Origin: Candidatus Aceula meridiana
GTDB lineage: Bacteria > Omnitrophota > Gorgyraeia > Zapsychrales > Aceulaceae
Direction: 5' to 3'
DNA: 64,000 nucleotides
Assembly (NCBI GenBank): GCA_030765185.1
Contig: JAVCDE010000024.1
Location: forward strand, 379,538-443,537
Positions 42,120-52,004 of the stretch are shown piece after piece. The notes under the pieces were generated by a model. The model was not told where the DNA came from. It made no database searches and saw nothing but the letters and a program-made list of their open reading frames with translations. Numbering within the stretch: the first letter of the stretch is position 1; the number at the start of each line of letters is the position of its first letter. The position numbers and the translations under genes were made by a program.

Positions 42120-43229
42120 TTAAACTTTATTTGGAAACTCTTTTTGTTTGGGCTCTGGGACGAAATCAATAACCTCTTTTTCCTCTAAAGATGATAGATT
42201 TCCTTTTTTGTGTCCCTCGATCTTCTTGATATGAGCATCGAGTCTTTTAAAATTTTTATCGTTAATGTCGTCATACGTGCTGCCTGTTTTCTTAATAGCA
42301 TCCCCGAGGCCTTGAAAGCGATCTTTGAACCTGTCATATTCTTTAGAAAAAAGATTGATCGTTTCAATAATCTTTTTAATCGAATTCTCATAATGAAAAT
42401 TCTCAAAAGCCTGTCGGATAATCGAAAGCATCGCATACAACGTAAACGGTGAACAGAGGACAACTTTCTTCAAAAGGGCCTCATCCATAATGCTAGCATC
42501 GTTTTCCTGAATAAATCCATAAACTTGTTCGTTGGGGATAAAAAGTAAAACAAAATCCAGCGTGCCCTCTCCTGGATTAATATAATCACGATTTTGAATT
42601 TCTTTAACGCGGTTGCGTGCATCAGTAATAAAAGTTTTTTTATACATATCCTTTTGAGCTGCATCAGGCGCATTAACCATGTTCAAATAGCTATTGAGAG
42701 GAAACTTTACATCCATGTTGATTTTGTGCTCATTAGGAAGAAAAAAAGTATAATCAGGCTTACTCGTTGAGGAATCCATCTTTTTTTGTTTTTTATAGTT
42801 CTTCCCCTCTATCAGGCCACAAAGCTGAATAATATCTTCAGCCATACGCTCACCCCATTCGCCTCGCTTTTTGACATTGCCTAAGATGCTCGTTAAATGA
42901 TTTGTTGTCTCCTGTAGCTTAGATGTCGCCTGGGACGCGCTTTTAAGCTCGTTAGAAAGATTCCCATATTTTTCCGCACGATCTTTTTCGAATTCACGCA
43001 CCATCTGGCCATACTTGTTAAGTTCGTCTTTCAAGTCCTTTAAAGAATGTTCGACAGATCTCTTTCTTTCATCGAGTTCAGAAGTAGATTTTTCTTCCAA
43101 TTGCTTGCGAGAAAAATCAAACTCTGTTCGAATTTCCTTCTTGAGAAGCTCCTTTTGAACAAACAACATAATTACAAATCCTAAAAGGACGGCTAATCCT
43201 ACTAAAATAATCAATACCGATACGCTCAT
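42120..43229 (-). CDS. rmuC: DNA recombination protein RmuC
   Basis: N-terminal TM + coiled coil, RGEWGE, PD....LP, D.KFPL, DFVLLFIPNE, SP.TL. Confidence 0.92.
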   Translation of the reverse strand: MSVSVLIILVGLAVLLGFVIMLFVQKELLKKEIRTEFDFSRKQLEEKSTSELDERKRSVEHSLKDLKDELNKYGQMVREFEKDRAEKYGNLSNELKSASQATSKLQETTNHLTSILGNVKKRGEWGERMAEDIIQLCGLIEGKNYKKQKKMDSSTSKPDYTFFLPNEHKINMDVKFPLNSYLNMVNAPDAAQKDMYKKTFITDARNRVKEIQNRDYINPGEGTLDFVLLFIPNEQVYGFIQENDASIMDEALLKKVVLCSPFTLYAMLSIIRQAFENFHYENSIKKIIETINLFSKEYDRFKDRFQGLGDAIKKTGSTYDDINDKNFKRLDAHIKKIEGHKKGNLSSLEEKEVIDFVPEPKQKEFPNKV

Positions 43230-43238
43230 AGTCTATTC

Positions 43239-43616
43239 CTAATCTTCCTCTTGAATAATAACGGGTTGGTCTTCTTGTACGGTTTTTAGAATTTCCCAAT
43301 CATCATCAAGCTTTCCAATAAGATTAATTGCTGATGCAGGGCGAATCTCGCCGGGCTTGCTTACAGGTGTTGCCCCAAAAAAGATGCAAAAACAATCTCC
43401 TTCAGGCCAATAGCCTAAATCACCTAATTCTGCGGTTTCAGATGAAAAGCCTTCTTCAAGCTTTGCCTTAACCGGAATTTGAAAATAAATCTCTTTGCCC
43501 CAAGTCGAAATAAATGACTTGATAGGCAAAGCATCCCAAATCAGGCCTGCTGCTTGTGACCCGTTAAGCTTGGCGCGTACCTTTATGTCTCCTAGTTGAA
43601 TAACAATATTTTTCAT
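43239..43616 (-). CDS. Cyclophilin-like fold protein (DUF369 type)
   Basis: LPI....TWG.EIYF, GDLGYWPEG..FCIFFG.TP, RPASA.N. Confidence 0.8.
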   Translation of the reverse strand: MKNIVIQLGDIKVRAKLNGSQAAGLIWDALPIKSFISTWGKEIYFQIPVKAKLEEGFSSETAELGDLGYWPEGDCFCIFFGATPVSKPGEIRPASAINLIGKLDDDWEILKTVQEDQPVIIQEED

Positions 43617-43721
43617 GGTCCTTATAGTATCTTTAACGATCCTATTTCTGTAAAGTCTTTTTTATCCGCTTCATAAAACTCGAGAAGCAATAAAGACCTT
43701 TGGGGAAAAGTCCATAGGGCT

Positions 43722-44882
43722 TTAAGTCGCGCGGTGGATCGAACGCTCTCCAAACTTATCTTTGATGTTATCAACCGCTTTATGGACCCGCTCCTTCCTG
43801 TCTTTTCCTTTATCTTCAAAAAGGTTTTCTTGAATGTAAAGATTCTTAAAATTTGTAACCCTCACCCCTAAAAGACGAATAAAGGTTCCTTGCGTATATA
43901 AGCCTTTAAAAAGACCTTGGGCCGTCATAAAAATATCTTCAATAAAATTAGTGGATTCAGGCAAAGTTAAAGCGCGCGTATATGTTTTAAACCCCTTAAG
44001 GCGAACTTTAAGAGTAACTGTCCTGCCTTTAAGCTCATCTTGACGCAAGCGCCTGGAAACTTTTTCGCTTAAATGAAGGAGCGTTTTATTAACAAGCTCT
44101 TTATCGCTAGTATCTTTTTCAAAAGTATGCTCATGGCCAACTGATTTAACTTCTTCATCAAAAACAACGTCTCTCTCATCAATACCATTGGCCAAATTAA
44201 AAAGATGATCGCCATGTTCGCCAAGGTCATCAATTAAGCGTTCGCGCGAAACTTTAGCCAGATCTCCAATCAAATAGATACCCTTTTGATTTAAAAAATT
44301 TTTTGTCTTAGGTCCCACACCCCAAAGTTTTTCTATTGGTAACGGCCATAAAAAATTAAGGACATCCTCCTGCGCAATTTCTAGGAGCCCATCGGGCTTA
44401 CACAAATCTGAAGCAATCTTGGCTACCATTTTAACAGGGGCAATGCCGATCGAGGCTGTTAAACCGGTTTCGCTATGAACACGTTCTCGAATCTTCTGAC
44501 ATGTGTCCTTTGGCGTTTTATAAAAATGATAGGTCCCTGTAATATCTAAAAAAGCTTCATCAATGCTAATAGGTTCGATGTCTGGCGTAAAATCATAAAG
44601 AATACGAAAAATCTGGTCAGAAATTTCCGAATACCGACTGTGGCTGCCTCTTAAAAAAGCAGCCTGCGGGCACAAACGATAAGCCTGCGAAATAGGCATC
44701 GCGGAATGAATGCCGAATTTACGCGCCTCATACGAACACGTTGAAACAACTCCTCGCCCTTTTCCCTCTTTCGGGTCTGCGCCAATGACAACAGGCTTAC
44801 CCTTCAAGCGCGGATTATCATTTTGTTCAACAGCGGCAAAAAAGGCATCCATGTCCATGTGAGCAATGATTTTTGTGGACAT
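43722..44882 (-). CDS. dinB: DNA polymerase IV (Y family)
   Basis: HMDMDAFFAAVE, SYEARKFG, SIDEAFLD, AKIASD..KPDG. Confidence 0.96.
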   Translation of the reverse strand: MSTKIIAHMDMDAFFAAVEQNDNPRLKGKPVVIGADPKEGKGRGVVSTCSYEARKFGIHSAMPISQAYRLCPQAAFLRGSHSRYSEISDQIFRILYDFTPDIEPISIDEAFLDITGTYHFYKTPKDTCQKIRERVHSETGLTASIGIAPVKMVAKIASDLCKPDGLLEIAQEDVLNFLWPLPIEKLWGVGPKTKNFLNQKGIYLIGDLAKVSRERLIDDLGEHGDHLFNLANGIDERDVVFDEEVKSVGHEHTFEKDTSDKELVNKTLLHLSEKVSRRLRQDELKGRTVTLKVRLKGFKTYTRALTLPESTNFIEDIFMTAQGLFKGLYTQGTFIRLLGVRVTNFKNLYIQENLFEDKGKDRKERVHKAVDNIKDKFGERSIHRAT

Positions 44883-44906
44883 TGGACAATGAAAATCAGA
44901 AACGAT

Positions 44907-45050
44907 TTATTTTTTCTCTAAAAGTTTAATGATTTTATCAAGTCTCCATAAAATCATTATCGGAACAACAATCGCCCAGATAATAATAGCAGCTTTCACT
45001 AACATAAAATACGACATGCTGCATCCTGATCCCATCGTTGGGCACATCAT
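44907..45050 (-). CDS. Small single-TM protein, 47 aa (not in ORF track)
   Basis: AAGGAGG RBS; MMCPTMGSGCSMSYFMLVKAAIIIWAIVVPIMILWRLDKIIKLLEKK*. Confidence 0.7.
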   Translation of the reverse strand: MMCPTMGSGCSMSYFMLVKAAIIIWAIVVPIMILWRLDKIIKLLEKK

Positions 45051-45066
45051 CAGCAACCTCCTTGTT

Positions 45067-45747
45067 TTAGGTTAAAATAGGGGTTAAATAATTTAACGGG
45101 CACCTCTTACAAAGCGGCTTTCTCTTGCAAAATTTTTTTGCCAGGTGAACAATCAAAGCATGGTACTCATTGAAAAGCTTTGTGTTCTGTATTAAAGATT
45201 TCATAAATATTTCCTGGACCTCATCATATGTAGCATCTTTTAAAATAAGTTTATGCCTTAAAAGAATTCTTTTCGTGTAAGCATCAACAACAAAAAACGA
45301 CTTGTTTAAAGCATAAAGCAAAATAGAATCTGCGGTTTCAGGGCCAATGCCATTGACGCTAAGCAATTGCCTACGAAGCAACTGGCTATCTTCTTTTGCC
45401 ATCGTAGAAATCCGGCCGCTGTACTTATCAAACAAGAAATCAATAAAATTCTTTAAACGCCTAGCCTTCACATTAAAATAACCGGCCTGCCTAATAACTG
45501 CTGCCAAACGCTTATGAGATATATTTTTAAGCTTTTGAGGATTAAGCAATTTCTTTGTTTTAAGATTCTTAATAGCTGCAGCCGTATTAGTCCAGTTGGT
45601 GTTTTGCACTAAAATCGCACCCACAACAACCTCAAAAGGTGTTTTTGCCGGCCACCAATGCTGGGGCCCAAATTTGACAAAAAGCGTTTTATAAATCTTT
45701 TTTAAAACAGCAGGCCTTATTGTGACTCGGCTTGGCGATGTTCCCAT
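45067..45747 (-). CDS. Endonuclease III-related HhH-GPD DNA glycosylase
   Basis: WWPA.TPFEV..GAIL.QNT.W, GIGPETADSI, VVDAYT, C.RKP.C..CPL. Confidence 0.9.
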   Translation of the reverse strand: MGTSPSRVTIRPAVLKKIYKTLFVKFGPQHWWPAKTPFEVVVGAILVQNTNWTNTAAAIKNLKTKKLLNPQKLKNISHKRLAAVIRQAGYFNVKARRLKNFIDFLFDKYSGRISTMAKEDSQLLRRQLLSVNGIGPETADSILLYALNKSFFVVDAYTKRILLRHKLILKDATYDEVQEIFMKSLIQNTKLFNEYHALIVHLAKKFCKRKPLCKRCPLNYLTPILT

Positions 45748-46100
45748 CTTAATAACTTTCCTGACTTGTCAAAGTAGAGATAAACTTTTTCTGAACCCCA
45801 CATCTTTGCATAATATCGATAAAGCCACAAGTGGTCATATTCTTGGCCTTCTCTCGAGTCTTTTCTAAAAACAGGCTCATCAAAATCTTTTAAAAAATCA
45901 TCTTGAGTTTTATAATTAGTGATCTCTCCGGACTTAACAATTTTAAGAAGGGCTTCGAACTTCGCATCTTTTTGCTCAACATGCTTCTGCTTCAAATCCC
46001 CATCTTTTGAGTACGCCTGAACACGCTTAATTTCGCTAACATGGCGCGCAGCGCATCCGCTTAAAGTAAAAATCAGAAATAATATCAAATATTTTTTCAT
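45717..46100 (-). CDS. Putative lipoprotein
   Basis: MKKYLILFLIFTLSGC lipobox; C-terminal WLYRY...VYLYFD..G.L. Confidence 0.7.
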   Translation of the reverse strand: MKKYLILFLIFTLSGCAARHVSEIKRVQAYSKDGDLKQKHVEQKDAKFEALLKIVKSGEITNYKTQDDFLKDFDEPVFRKDSREGQEYDHLWLYRYYAKMWGSEKVYLYFDKSGKLLRWEHRQAESQ

Positions 46101-46119
46101 AAGCTTTTGTCTCCTTATA

Positions 46120-46368
46120 TTACCACCGAAAATGAACAAAGATTCTTCCAAAATTCTTATCATCCTTTTCTATCCTATGATAAACGTTTTTGTACCCTTT
46201 TTCCAGGAATCTTAAAACATGCTTCTTTAGTTGCCCTGAGCCTTTGCCGGGAATAATTTCAATGAGCTTAATACGTTTATCCTGAGCCTTTTGCATAGCC
46301 TCAGCAATTGCTCTCTCAATCTTATCAGAACTGCCATAGATAGAATGTAAATCGACCTTGAGTTTCAT
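46120..46368 (-). CDS. Stand-alone Smr/MutS2 C-terminal domain protein
   Basis: VDLH, IIPGKGSGQLK, NFG. Confidence 0.85.
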   Translation of the reverse strand: MKLKVDLHSIYGSSDKIERAIAEAMQKAQDKRIKLIEIIPGKGSGQLKKHVLRFLEKGYKNVYHRIEKDDKNFGRIFVHFRW

Positions 46369-48305
46369 TTTTTAATTGCTCGGTTTTCTTCTAAAAGTTC
46401 TTCAATTTCATTTTCAATCTGACGAACACGCTTTTGGATAAATTTTAAACGCTGGCCGTATTCTTTGAGTGTCTGTGGATCACGCCGGCTTTGAAAATCA
46501 GAAAGAACACGCGCCTTGATGTAATTTTCATTCTCTAAACCTTCTTTTTCCTTCTCAAGTATCTTTATTTTCTTTTTGTTATCAGCAACCTTCTTTAAAG
46601 CCTCTTTGTGTTTTTGATGAAGCTTATCCACTGCCGAATTGACGGGCCCTTTTTGCTTCTTTGTTTTTTTATCTTGCTTTTGTTTTTCTTTTAGCTCTTT
46701 CTGAGTTTTAGAGTTTTGTTCATCTTTTTCCTGACGCTTGCCAAGATAATAGCCTAATCCTCCATAAAAATGCCTTACCTGTCCATGGTCAACCTCGACA
46801 ATATGATTGGCGAGTTCTTTGACAAAAAACAAATCGTGGCTAATAAAGCATATCGTTCCCTCGTAAGCCTTAAAAGCCTTGGTTAGGGCCTCGACTCCAT
46901 CGATATCTAAGTGTGTTGTCGGCTCGTCTAAAAGAAGAAAATTGGGCGGGCTAATCAAAAGCTTGGCTAAAATAACACGGCTTTTTTCTCCACCGGACAA
47001 AATCCTAACTTTTTTAAAAACATCATCATCATGAAAGTTAAAAAGGCCTAAAAGGCTTCGGGCCTCTTGTGCTCGAACGCCGGCTTGAGCCACCGCACAA
47101 ACTTCCTCTAAAACAGTTCTCTCAGGATTTAAAACATCCAGTCGTGTCTGCGAAAAATATCCTAGATCAACCTGATGTCCAAGCCGCCTGTTGCCACCTT
47201 CAAAATCAAGGACACCGGCAAGTATTTTTAAAAGCGTAGACTTTCCGGCTCCATTCTCGCCAACTAAGCAGACACGTTGACCACGTGTAATTTCAAAATC
47301 TAAACCTTGATAAACACGCGTGTCTCCGTAGGACTTATTAATTTTATTGAGGGTTATTGTGTTGTAACCACTTCGCCTTGCTTGCGGAAATTCAAAATCT
47401 TTCATGCTCTTTCGGTGCTGGTCAAGCTCAAGAGATTCCATACGTTCAATCATCTTGCGTTTATTACGCACAGATGCCGCGCGGTTAGGTTGCGCATGAA
47501 ACCGTTCACAAAAACGTTCGAGCTGCAGCTTCTTTTTCTCAAGCACCTTCTGTTTCTTTTCTAAAGTTATCTGTTCTTGAGCCTTAGTTTGCTCATATTC
47601 TGCGTAATTTCCTTTAACCTTAACGATGCGCCCATTTTCCAAAACAATGGTATAGTTCGTAACATCGTTTAAGAAAATCTTATCATGGGAAATAATAACA
47701 AAGGCGCCCTGATATGAGGATAGAAAATCTTTTAGCCAAAGCGTGGCATTAAGATCAAGATAATTAGTAGGCTCATCGAGGAGCAAGACATCGTAATGAT
47801 ACGTCAAAAGCTTCGCTAAAAGTGTGCGCATTTGCCAACCGCCTGAAAGCTGAGACACAGGCTTATGAAAGTCACGGCTGTGAAACCCAAGCCCACTCAA
47901 AATCTTTTCTGCCCTATGCTCTAGTTCATAAATCCCAAGCTGCTCGAGCTCATGCAAAACATCCCCATAACGCATCGTATGGGCCTTATCTTCTTCCTCA
48001 AGCTTGTGCTTTTCTTTTTGGAGCTTGATGATCCTGTCATCACCGGAGGTAAGCTCTTCGAGAACGGTCCTCTTTGATGGAAAAGAAGATTCTTGCGGCA
48101 GGTAACCAATGTTGATATTTTTTTGAATTTGCACCTCTCCGGCGGTTGACTCCATCTCTCCTCTTATAATAGAGAAAAGCGTAGTTTTTCCTGTACCGTT
48201 AGCACCGGTTAATCCAATCTTTTCATTGCGATAAATGCTAATCGAGATATTCTGAAAAAGCGTACGGTTAGCGAATCCTTTTGAAAGATTATTAATGGTA
48301 ATCAT
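46365..48305 (-). CDS. ABC-F family ribosome-associated ATPase
   Basis: Two ABC cassettes (GANGTGKT/LSGGW; GENGAGKS/LSGGE), no TM domain, C-terminal coiled coil. Confidence 0.93.
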   Translation of the reverse strand: MITINNLSKGFANRTLFQNISISIYRNEKIGLTGANGTGKTTLFSIIRGEMESTAGEVQIQKNINIGYLPQESSFPSKRTVLEELTSGDDRIIKLQKEKHKLEEEDKAHTMRYGDVLHELEQLGIYELEHRAEKILSGLGFHSRDFHKPVSQLSGGWQMRTLLAKLLTYHYDVLLLDEPTNYLDLNATLWLKDFLSSYQGAFVIISHDKIFLNDVTNYTIVLENGRIVKVKGNYAEYEQTKAQEQITLEKKQKVLEKKKLQLERFCERFHAQPNRAASVRNKRKMIERMESLELDQHRKSMKDFEFPQARRSGYNTITLNKINKSYGDTRVYQGLDFEITRGQRVCLVGENGAGKSTLLKILAGVLDFEGGNRRLGHQVDLGYFSQTRLDVLNPERTVLEEVCAVAQAGVRAQEARSLLGLFNFHDDDVFKKVRILSGGEKSRVILAKLLISPPNFLLLDEPTTHLDIDGVEALTKAFKAYEGTICFISHDLFFVKELANHIVEVDHGQVRHFYGGLGYYLGKRQEKDEQNSKTQKELKEKQKQDKKTKKQKGPVNSAVDKLHQKHKEALKKVADNKKKIKILEKEKEGLENENYIKARVLSDFQSRRDPQTLKEYGQRLKFIQKRVRQIENEIEELLEENRAIKK

Positions 48306-49117
48306 AAACTTTTAAGACTTTCAAGTTCCTTTGATGTTAATTTACGCCACGCGCCGGTCTTTAAGCTTCCCAAAATTAAAGGGCCTTGCTTTTCTCTCCT
48401 AAGGTAAATAACTTTGTATCTCAAGGCAGAAAACATTAAACGGATTTGCCGCTTGCGGCCTTCATGAATCGTCATGCGCAAAGATATTTCTCCCTGGATC
48501 GACCTAATATCATCGATACGGCACGGAAAGGTTTTCTTCCCTTCTAGGATAATACCTTTTTCTAGCCTTATTTTATCTTTTGTCTTTAAAGGTTTTGAAA
48601 TAGTCACAAAATAAACTTTATCAATATTAAATTTTGGATGCGTTAATTTATGCGCTAAGTCACCGTCGTTGGTTAAAAACAAAAGTCCTTCAGTGTTTTT
48701 ATCAAGCCGTCCAACAGGATTCAAATGTTTCAAGTTCTGAGGCAAAATATCTATAACTGTTTTCTTTGCAAAAGGATCTTTCAACGTTGTCGTAACATCG
48801 ACCGGCTTATTTAAAAGAACATAATCAAATTCTTTCTTTGTGACAGGCTTACCTAAGAAAGAAACTTTATCACTTTCTGATGTGCCATACGACGGCTCCT
48901 TAACAACTTGACCATTAACGCTGACCTTTCCGTCTTGAATCAGTTCCATAGCGCGGCGGCGCGAGCAGACGCCGCTTCTTGACAAGAAAACCTGAAGACG
49001 TATTTTTTTATCCGTCCTTCGTGAAAGATTAGAAGAATTGTTCTTCGCTTCAAAGGACGTTCGCCTATCCATAGCTTTAGTCATGATGGCTCCGTTTTCG
49101 TTGACGGATGGCTTCAT
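48302..49117 (-). CDS. rluB: rRNA pseudouridine synthase (RluB/RsuA family); start uncertain
   Basis: S4 domain (RLQ.FL..SG.CSRR), GRLD..TEGLL, EGRKRQIR. Confidence 0.88.
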   Translation of the reverse strand: MKPSVNENGAIMTKAMDRRTSFEAKNNSSNLSRRTDKKIRLQVFLSRSGVCSRRRAMELIQDGKVSVNGQVVKEPSYGTSESDKVSFLGKPVTKKEFDYVLLNKPVDVTTTLKDPFAKKTVIDILPQNLKHLNPVGRLDKNTEGLLFLTNDGDLAHKLTHPKFNIDKVYFVTISKPLKTKDKIRLEKGIILEGKKTFPCRIDDIRSIQGEISLRMTIHEGRKRQIRLMFSALRYKVIYLRREKQGPLILGSLKTGAWRKLTSKELESLKSL

Positions 49118-49892
49118 AAATAATAACGGACGTTGTTACAGATACGTTTAGGGAATCCGCTTTTCCCTTCATTGGAATTCTTACTTTTTGGTCAGCCTTC
49201 ATTTGCCATATTTTAGATAGCCCTTTTTGCTCATTACCCATGACAAGAGCCAAAGGAATGTTCATGTCAACGTCGGCATAATCTTTTTCAGCATCAGGCA
49301 AGGTTGCGCAAATAAGGATTTGATGATCTTTCAGAAAATCAATCGCCTCTTGGCTCGTTGCTTGTATAACAGGAATGGAAAAAACTACTCCGGTACTCGC
49401 ACGAACAACATTTGGATTATAAATATCCGTTATGCCATCACAGATAATAAGTCCATCAACGCCCGCCCCATCGCATGTTCTTAAGACGGCTCCAAGATTT
49501 CCCGGCTTTTCCAACCCCTCAAGGATAACTAGCAAAGGTTTCTTGCCAAGCCTTAGATCAGCCCATGTCTTTTTTGGCTGAAGACATACAGCTAAAATGC
49601 CTTCATTGCGCTGCCCGAAACAAATCTTTTCAAAAACATTATCTTCCACGTCAAAAATATCTTCAATATCTTCGCTCACCTGCATTTGAAATTCTTGATT
49701 AGCATCTTGCGCTAGAAAATCCTTTGAGAAATAAATTTCTTTAAAAACAATGCCTGCCTGCTTTGCTCTTGAAATCTCTCTTTTGCCTTCCACAATCATA
49801 AGGCCGGTCTGATCCCGATGCTTCTTATCTCGAAGCTTCACTACGGCTTTAATGTGCGAATTCTGTAGGCTTGTAATCTCTTGACTTAGCAT
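49077..49892 (-). CDS. TrmH/SpoU family RNA methyltransferase
   Basis: PGNLGA.LRT, GNE..GL, IPM.G.ADSLNVS. Confidence 0.92.
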   Translation of the reverse strand: MLSQEITSLQNSHIKAVVKLRDKKHRDQTGLMIVEGKREISRAKQAGIVFKEIYFSKDFLAQDANQEFQMQVSEDIEDIFDVEDNVFEKICFGQRNEGILAVCLQPKKTWADLRLGKKPLLVILEGLEKPGNLGAVLRTCDGAGVDGLIICDGITDIYNPNVVRASTGVVFSIPVIQATSQEAIDFLKDHQILICATLPDAEKDYADVDMNIPLALVMGNEQKGLSKIWQMKADQKVRIPMKGKADSLNVSVTTSVIIYEAIRQRKRSHHD

Positions 49893-50695
49893 TACAACAA
49901 TTCCTGACCGGTTAAGAACCTAAAAATAGTCTTTGAAAGTATTTCTTCAGATTCTTCATAGCTTGTATTATGACCACCTTTAATTTCCACAAATTCCTTA
50001 GGTTTGACAGCCGCATCAAAAAGCTTCCTTCCTAATTCAAACGGCACCACCTCATCATCGCGGCTATGAAGAAACAACTTTGGAATTTCAATTGTCTTGA
50101 CTTTTGCCTGCGAATCCATCTTTGTTGATATCAAAATTGATGGAACAAAAGGATAAACTTGTTTCGCGATATCTTTTGCTGTTGAAAAAGACGAGTCAAC
50201 AATCAAAGCTACTAAATCACGATGCGTTGCCAAGTCAATAGCGGCAACTCCGCCTAATGATGCCCCATAAGCAATAATTTTGTCCTTCTGGATATCGTGT
50301 CGTGTTAAAAGATAATCATAGGCTGCACGGGCATCCTTATACAGACCCTCTTCTGTGGGTCGTCCATCACTTTTTCCATAGCCGCGATAGTCAACAATAA
50401 AAACATTAAGGCCTAGGTTGTGAAACAAATTAATTTTATGAAGACGGTGGCTAATATTGCCTGCATTGCCATGGAAAAATAAAAGTGTAGACTCTGCCGT
50501 TAGATTTTTAATAAACCATCCGTTTATCAAAATTCCATCTTCGGTCTTAAAATAAATATCTTCGTATTCAAGTCCAATGTCGTTTGGACGATCTGTAATT
50601 TCTTTCTCAGGATAAAAAATACTAGTTTGTTCAAGATACTTAACAGCCAAAATAAAAATAACAATCGAAACAATAAGAATTACAAGAAATTTCAT
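49892..50695 (-). CDS. Alpha/beta hydrolase
   Basis: FHGNAGN, DYRGYG, GASLGG nucleophile, DEVVP, GGHN. Confidence 0.9.
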   Translation of the reverse strand: MKFLVILIVSIVIFILAVKYLEQTSIFYPEKEITDRPNDIGLEYEDIYFKTEDGILINGWFIKNLTAESTLLFFHGNAGNISHRLHKINLFHNLGLNVFIVDYRGYGKSDGRPTEEGLYKDARAAYDYLLTRHDIQKDKIIAYGASLGGVAAIDLATHRDLVALIVDSSFSTAKDIAKQVYPFVPSILISTKMDSQAKVKTIEIPKLFLHSRDDEVVPFELGRKLFDAAVKPKEFVEIKGGHNTSYEESEEILSKTIFRFLTGQELL

Positions 50696-50708
50696 AAAAC
50701 TCCTTTTC

Positions 50709-51098
50709 CTATCCTTTTTGTTTAATTTGACTAGCCATAATATCGACAGCCTTCAAGACAGTTTCTATGGTGCAAGGCTTGGTAATGTAGTGATCAGCTT
50801 CAAGAGAAAATCCCTTTTTGACATCTTCTAGCTCGCCTAAAGCAGAAATGATAACAACCGGTTGCCATTTATCCGGTGAAGGGTTTTCCTTGAGTCTTTT
50901 TAGAATTGTTAACCCATGCATTTCCGGCATAATAAGGTCTAACAAAACAATATCAGGATTATCTTCTTTAATTTTATCCCAGGCTTCTTGGCCATTTTCA
51001 GCGCTTACAACATCATACCCATGACCTTTAACAGCTTTTACCATCACCTCCAAAATGTCTGGTTCATCATCAGCGATTAATACTTTGAGTGTTTTCAT
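50709..51098 (-). CDS. Single-domain response regulator
   Basis: ADDE, LLDLIMP, SA, YITKP. Confidence 0.92.
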   Translation of the reverse strand: MKTLKVLIADDEPDILEVMVKAVKGHGYDVVSAENGQEAWDKIKEDNPDIVLLDLIMPEMHGLTILKRLKENPSPDKWQPVVIISALGELEDVKKGFSLEADHYITKPCTIETVLKAVDIMASQIKQKG

Positions 51099-51120
51099 GG
51101 GCTATCTCTTTGTCAGAATC

Positions 51121-51240
51121 GAGGGGCAACCTGTGGCTGCCCCTTCTTGATCCCTCGGCGGAAATCCTCAGGTTTCAACAAGGAATGAATATTCTGCTGC
51201 CTCGGGAGGGAATCCCTAATTTAGCAGCAGCGCCATATAA
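51121..51240. repeat. Intergenic hairpins / REP-like element
   Basis: aggggcaacc-tgt-ggctgcccct and ctgctgc...gcagcag inverted repeats; atccctcggcg..tcctcagg segment. Confidence 0.55.
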
Positions 51241-51289
51241 TATATTGTTAAAAAAATGTCCCGGATTTTGTTCAGGGGTTCCACTAAAA

Positions 51290-51766
51290 TTACTTCCGAG
51301 CGGAAGAATAGCTTCCCAGGTCATATTTAATTTCGTTTTCGGGCTTGTCAGCTTTATCAATCAAGATGCCAGCTTTGGCGAAAAACTGTGATGCCAGAGT
51401 ATCATGGAAGTCAGAAAAAACAACAACACGCGCAATTCCAGAGGCGATCAAAGCCTTAGCGCACGTCGTGCAAGGCATATTCGTAACATAAGCCGTTGCT
51501 CCTCCGACAGCATGCCCTCTTTTAGCGGCTTGTGTTAATGCATTCATCTCCGCGTGATTAGTACGAATGCAGTGATTGTCCACAACCCAGCATCCAACAT
51601 CATCGCAATGGTCATCTCCGGGAATAGAACCGTTATAGCCCGTTGCTACAACATGCTTATCCTTAACTAAAATGCACCCACAATGCATACGCGGACACGT
51701 GGCTCTCTCTGAGGCTAGCATGGCGAGCTTCAAAAAATATTGGTCCCAATCCGGTCTATTTCCCAT
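51290..51766 (-). CDS. dCMP/cytidine deaminase (ComEB family)
   Basis: RPDWD.YF, R.TC.R, TGYNG, HAEMNA, PC..C. Confidence 0.92.
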   Translation of the reverse strand: MGNRPDWDQYFLKLAMLASERATCPRMHCGCILVKDKHVVATGYNGSIPGDDHCDDVGCWVVDNHCIRTNHAEMNALTQAAKRGHAVGGATAYVTNMPCTTCAKALIASGIARVVVFSDFHDTLASQFFAKAGILIDKADKPENEIKYDLGSYSSARK

Positions 51767-51845
51767 GAATCCTCCTAATACTAATATTTCTATAAATATA
51801 ATAATTTACTTAAACTGTCGGACTTTTGGCTGCCCTGCCCGACAG

Positions 51846-51911
51846 GTCATCCTGTGCGAATACAAAAACGCAGGATCCTAAGAAATCCTTCGTCGTTTTT
51901 CTCCTCAGGAC
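51846..51911. repeat. Degenerate REP-like palindrome (GTCATCCTG...GGATC...ATCCTTCG...CTCAGGA type)
   Basis: gtcatcctgtgcg..cgcaggatcc..atccttcgtcg..ctcctcaggac. Confidence 0.55.
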
Positions 51912-52004
51912 AAAGAGTCGTGAAATATCTGACTCATCGCTTACTTATAGTATCAAATCGCCGTGACTTTTCAAAACGAATTTTTCATTTGGGTATTTTG
52001 ATCT

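Noticed and set aside
43622-43819. 65-aa ORF overlapping the dinB 3' end
   Set aside because: Alternate-frame overlap with no motifs; the region contains a probable promoter for the downstream gene
44883-45066. LexA box upstream of dinB
   Set aside because: No CCACAC/GTGTGG palindrome found; the space is occupied by a small ORF
51089-51391. ORFs 51089-51391(+) and 51175-51360(-), or a 6S RNA/riboswitch here
   Set aside because: No protein motifs or RBS; could not match 6S or known riboswitch consensus features, so kept only as hairpin/REP-like
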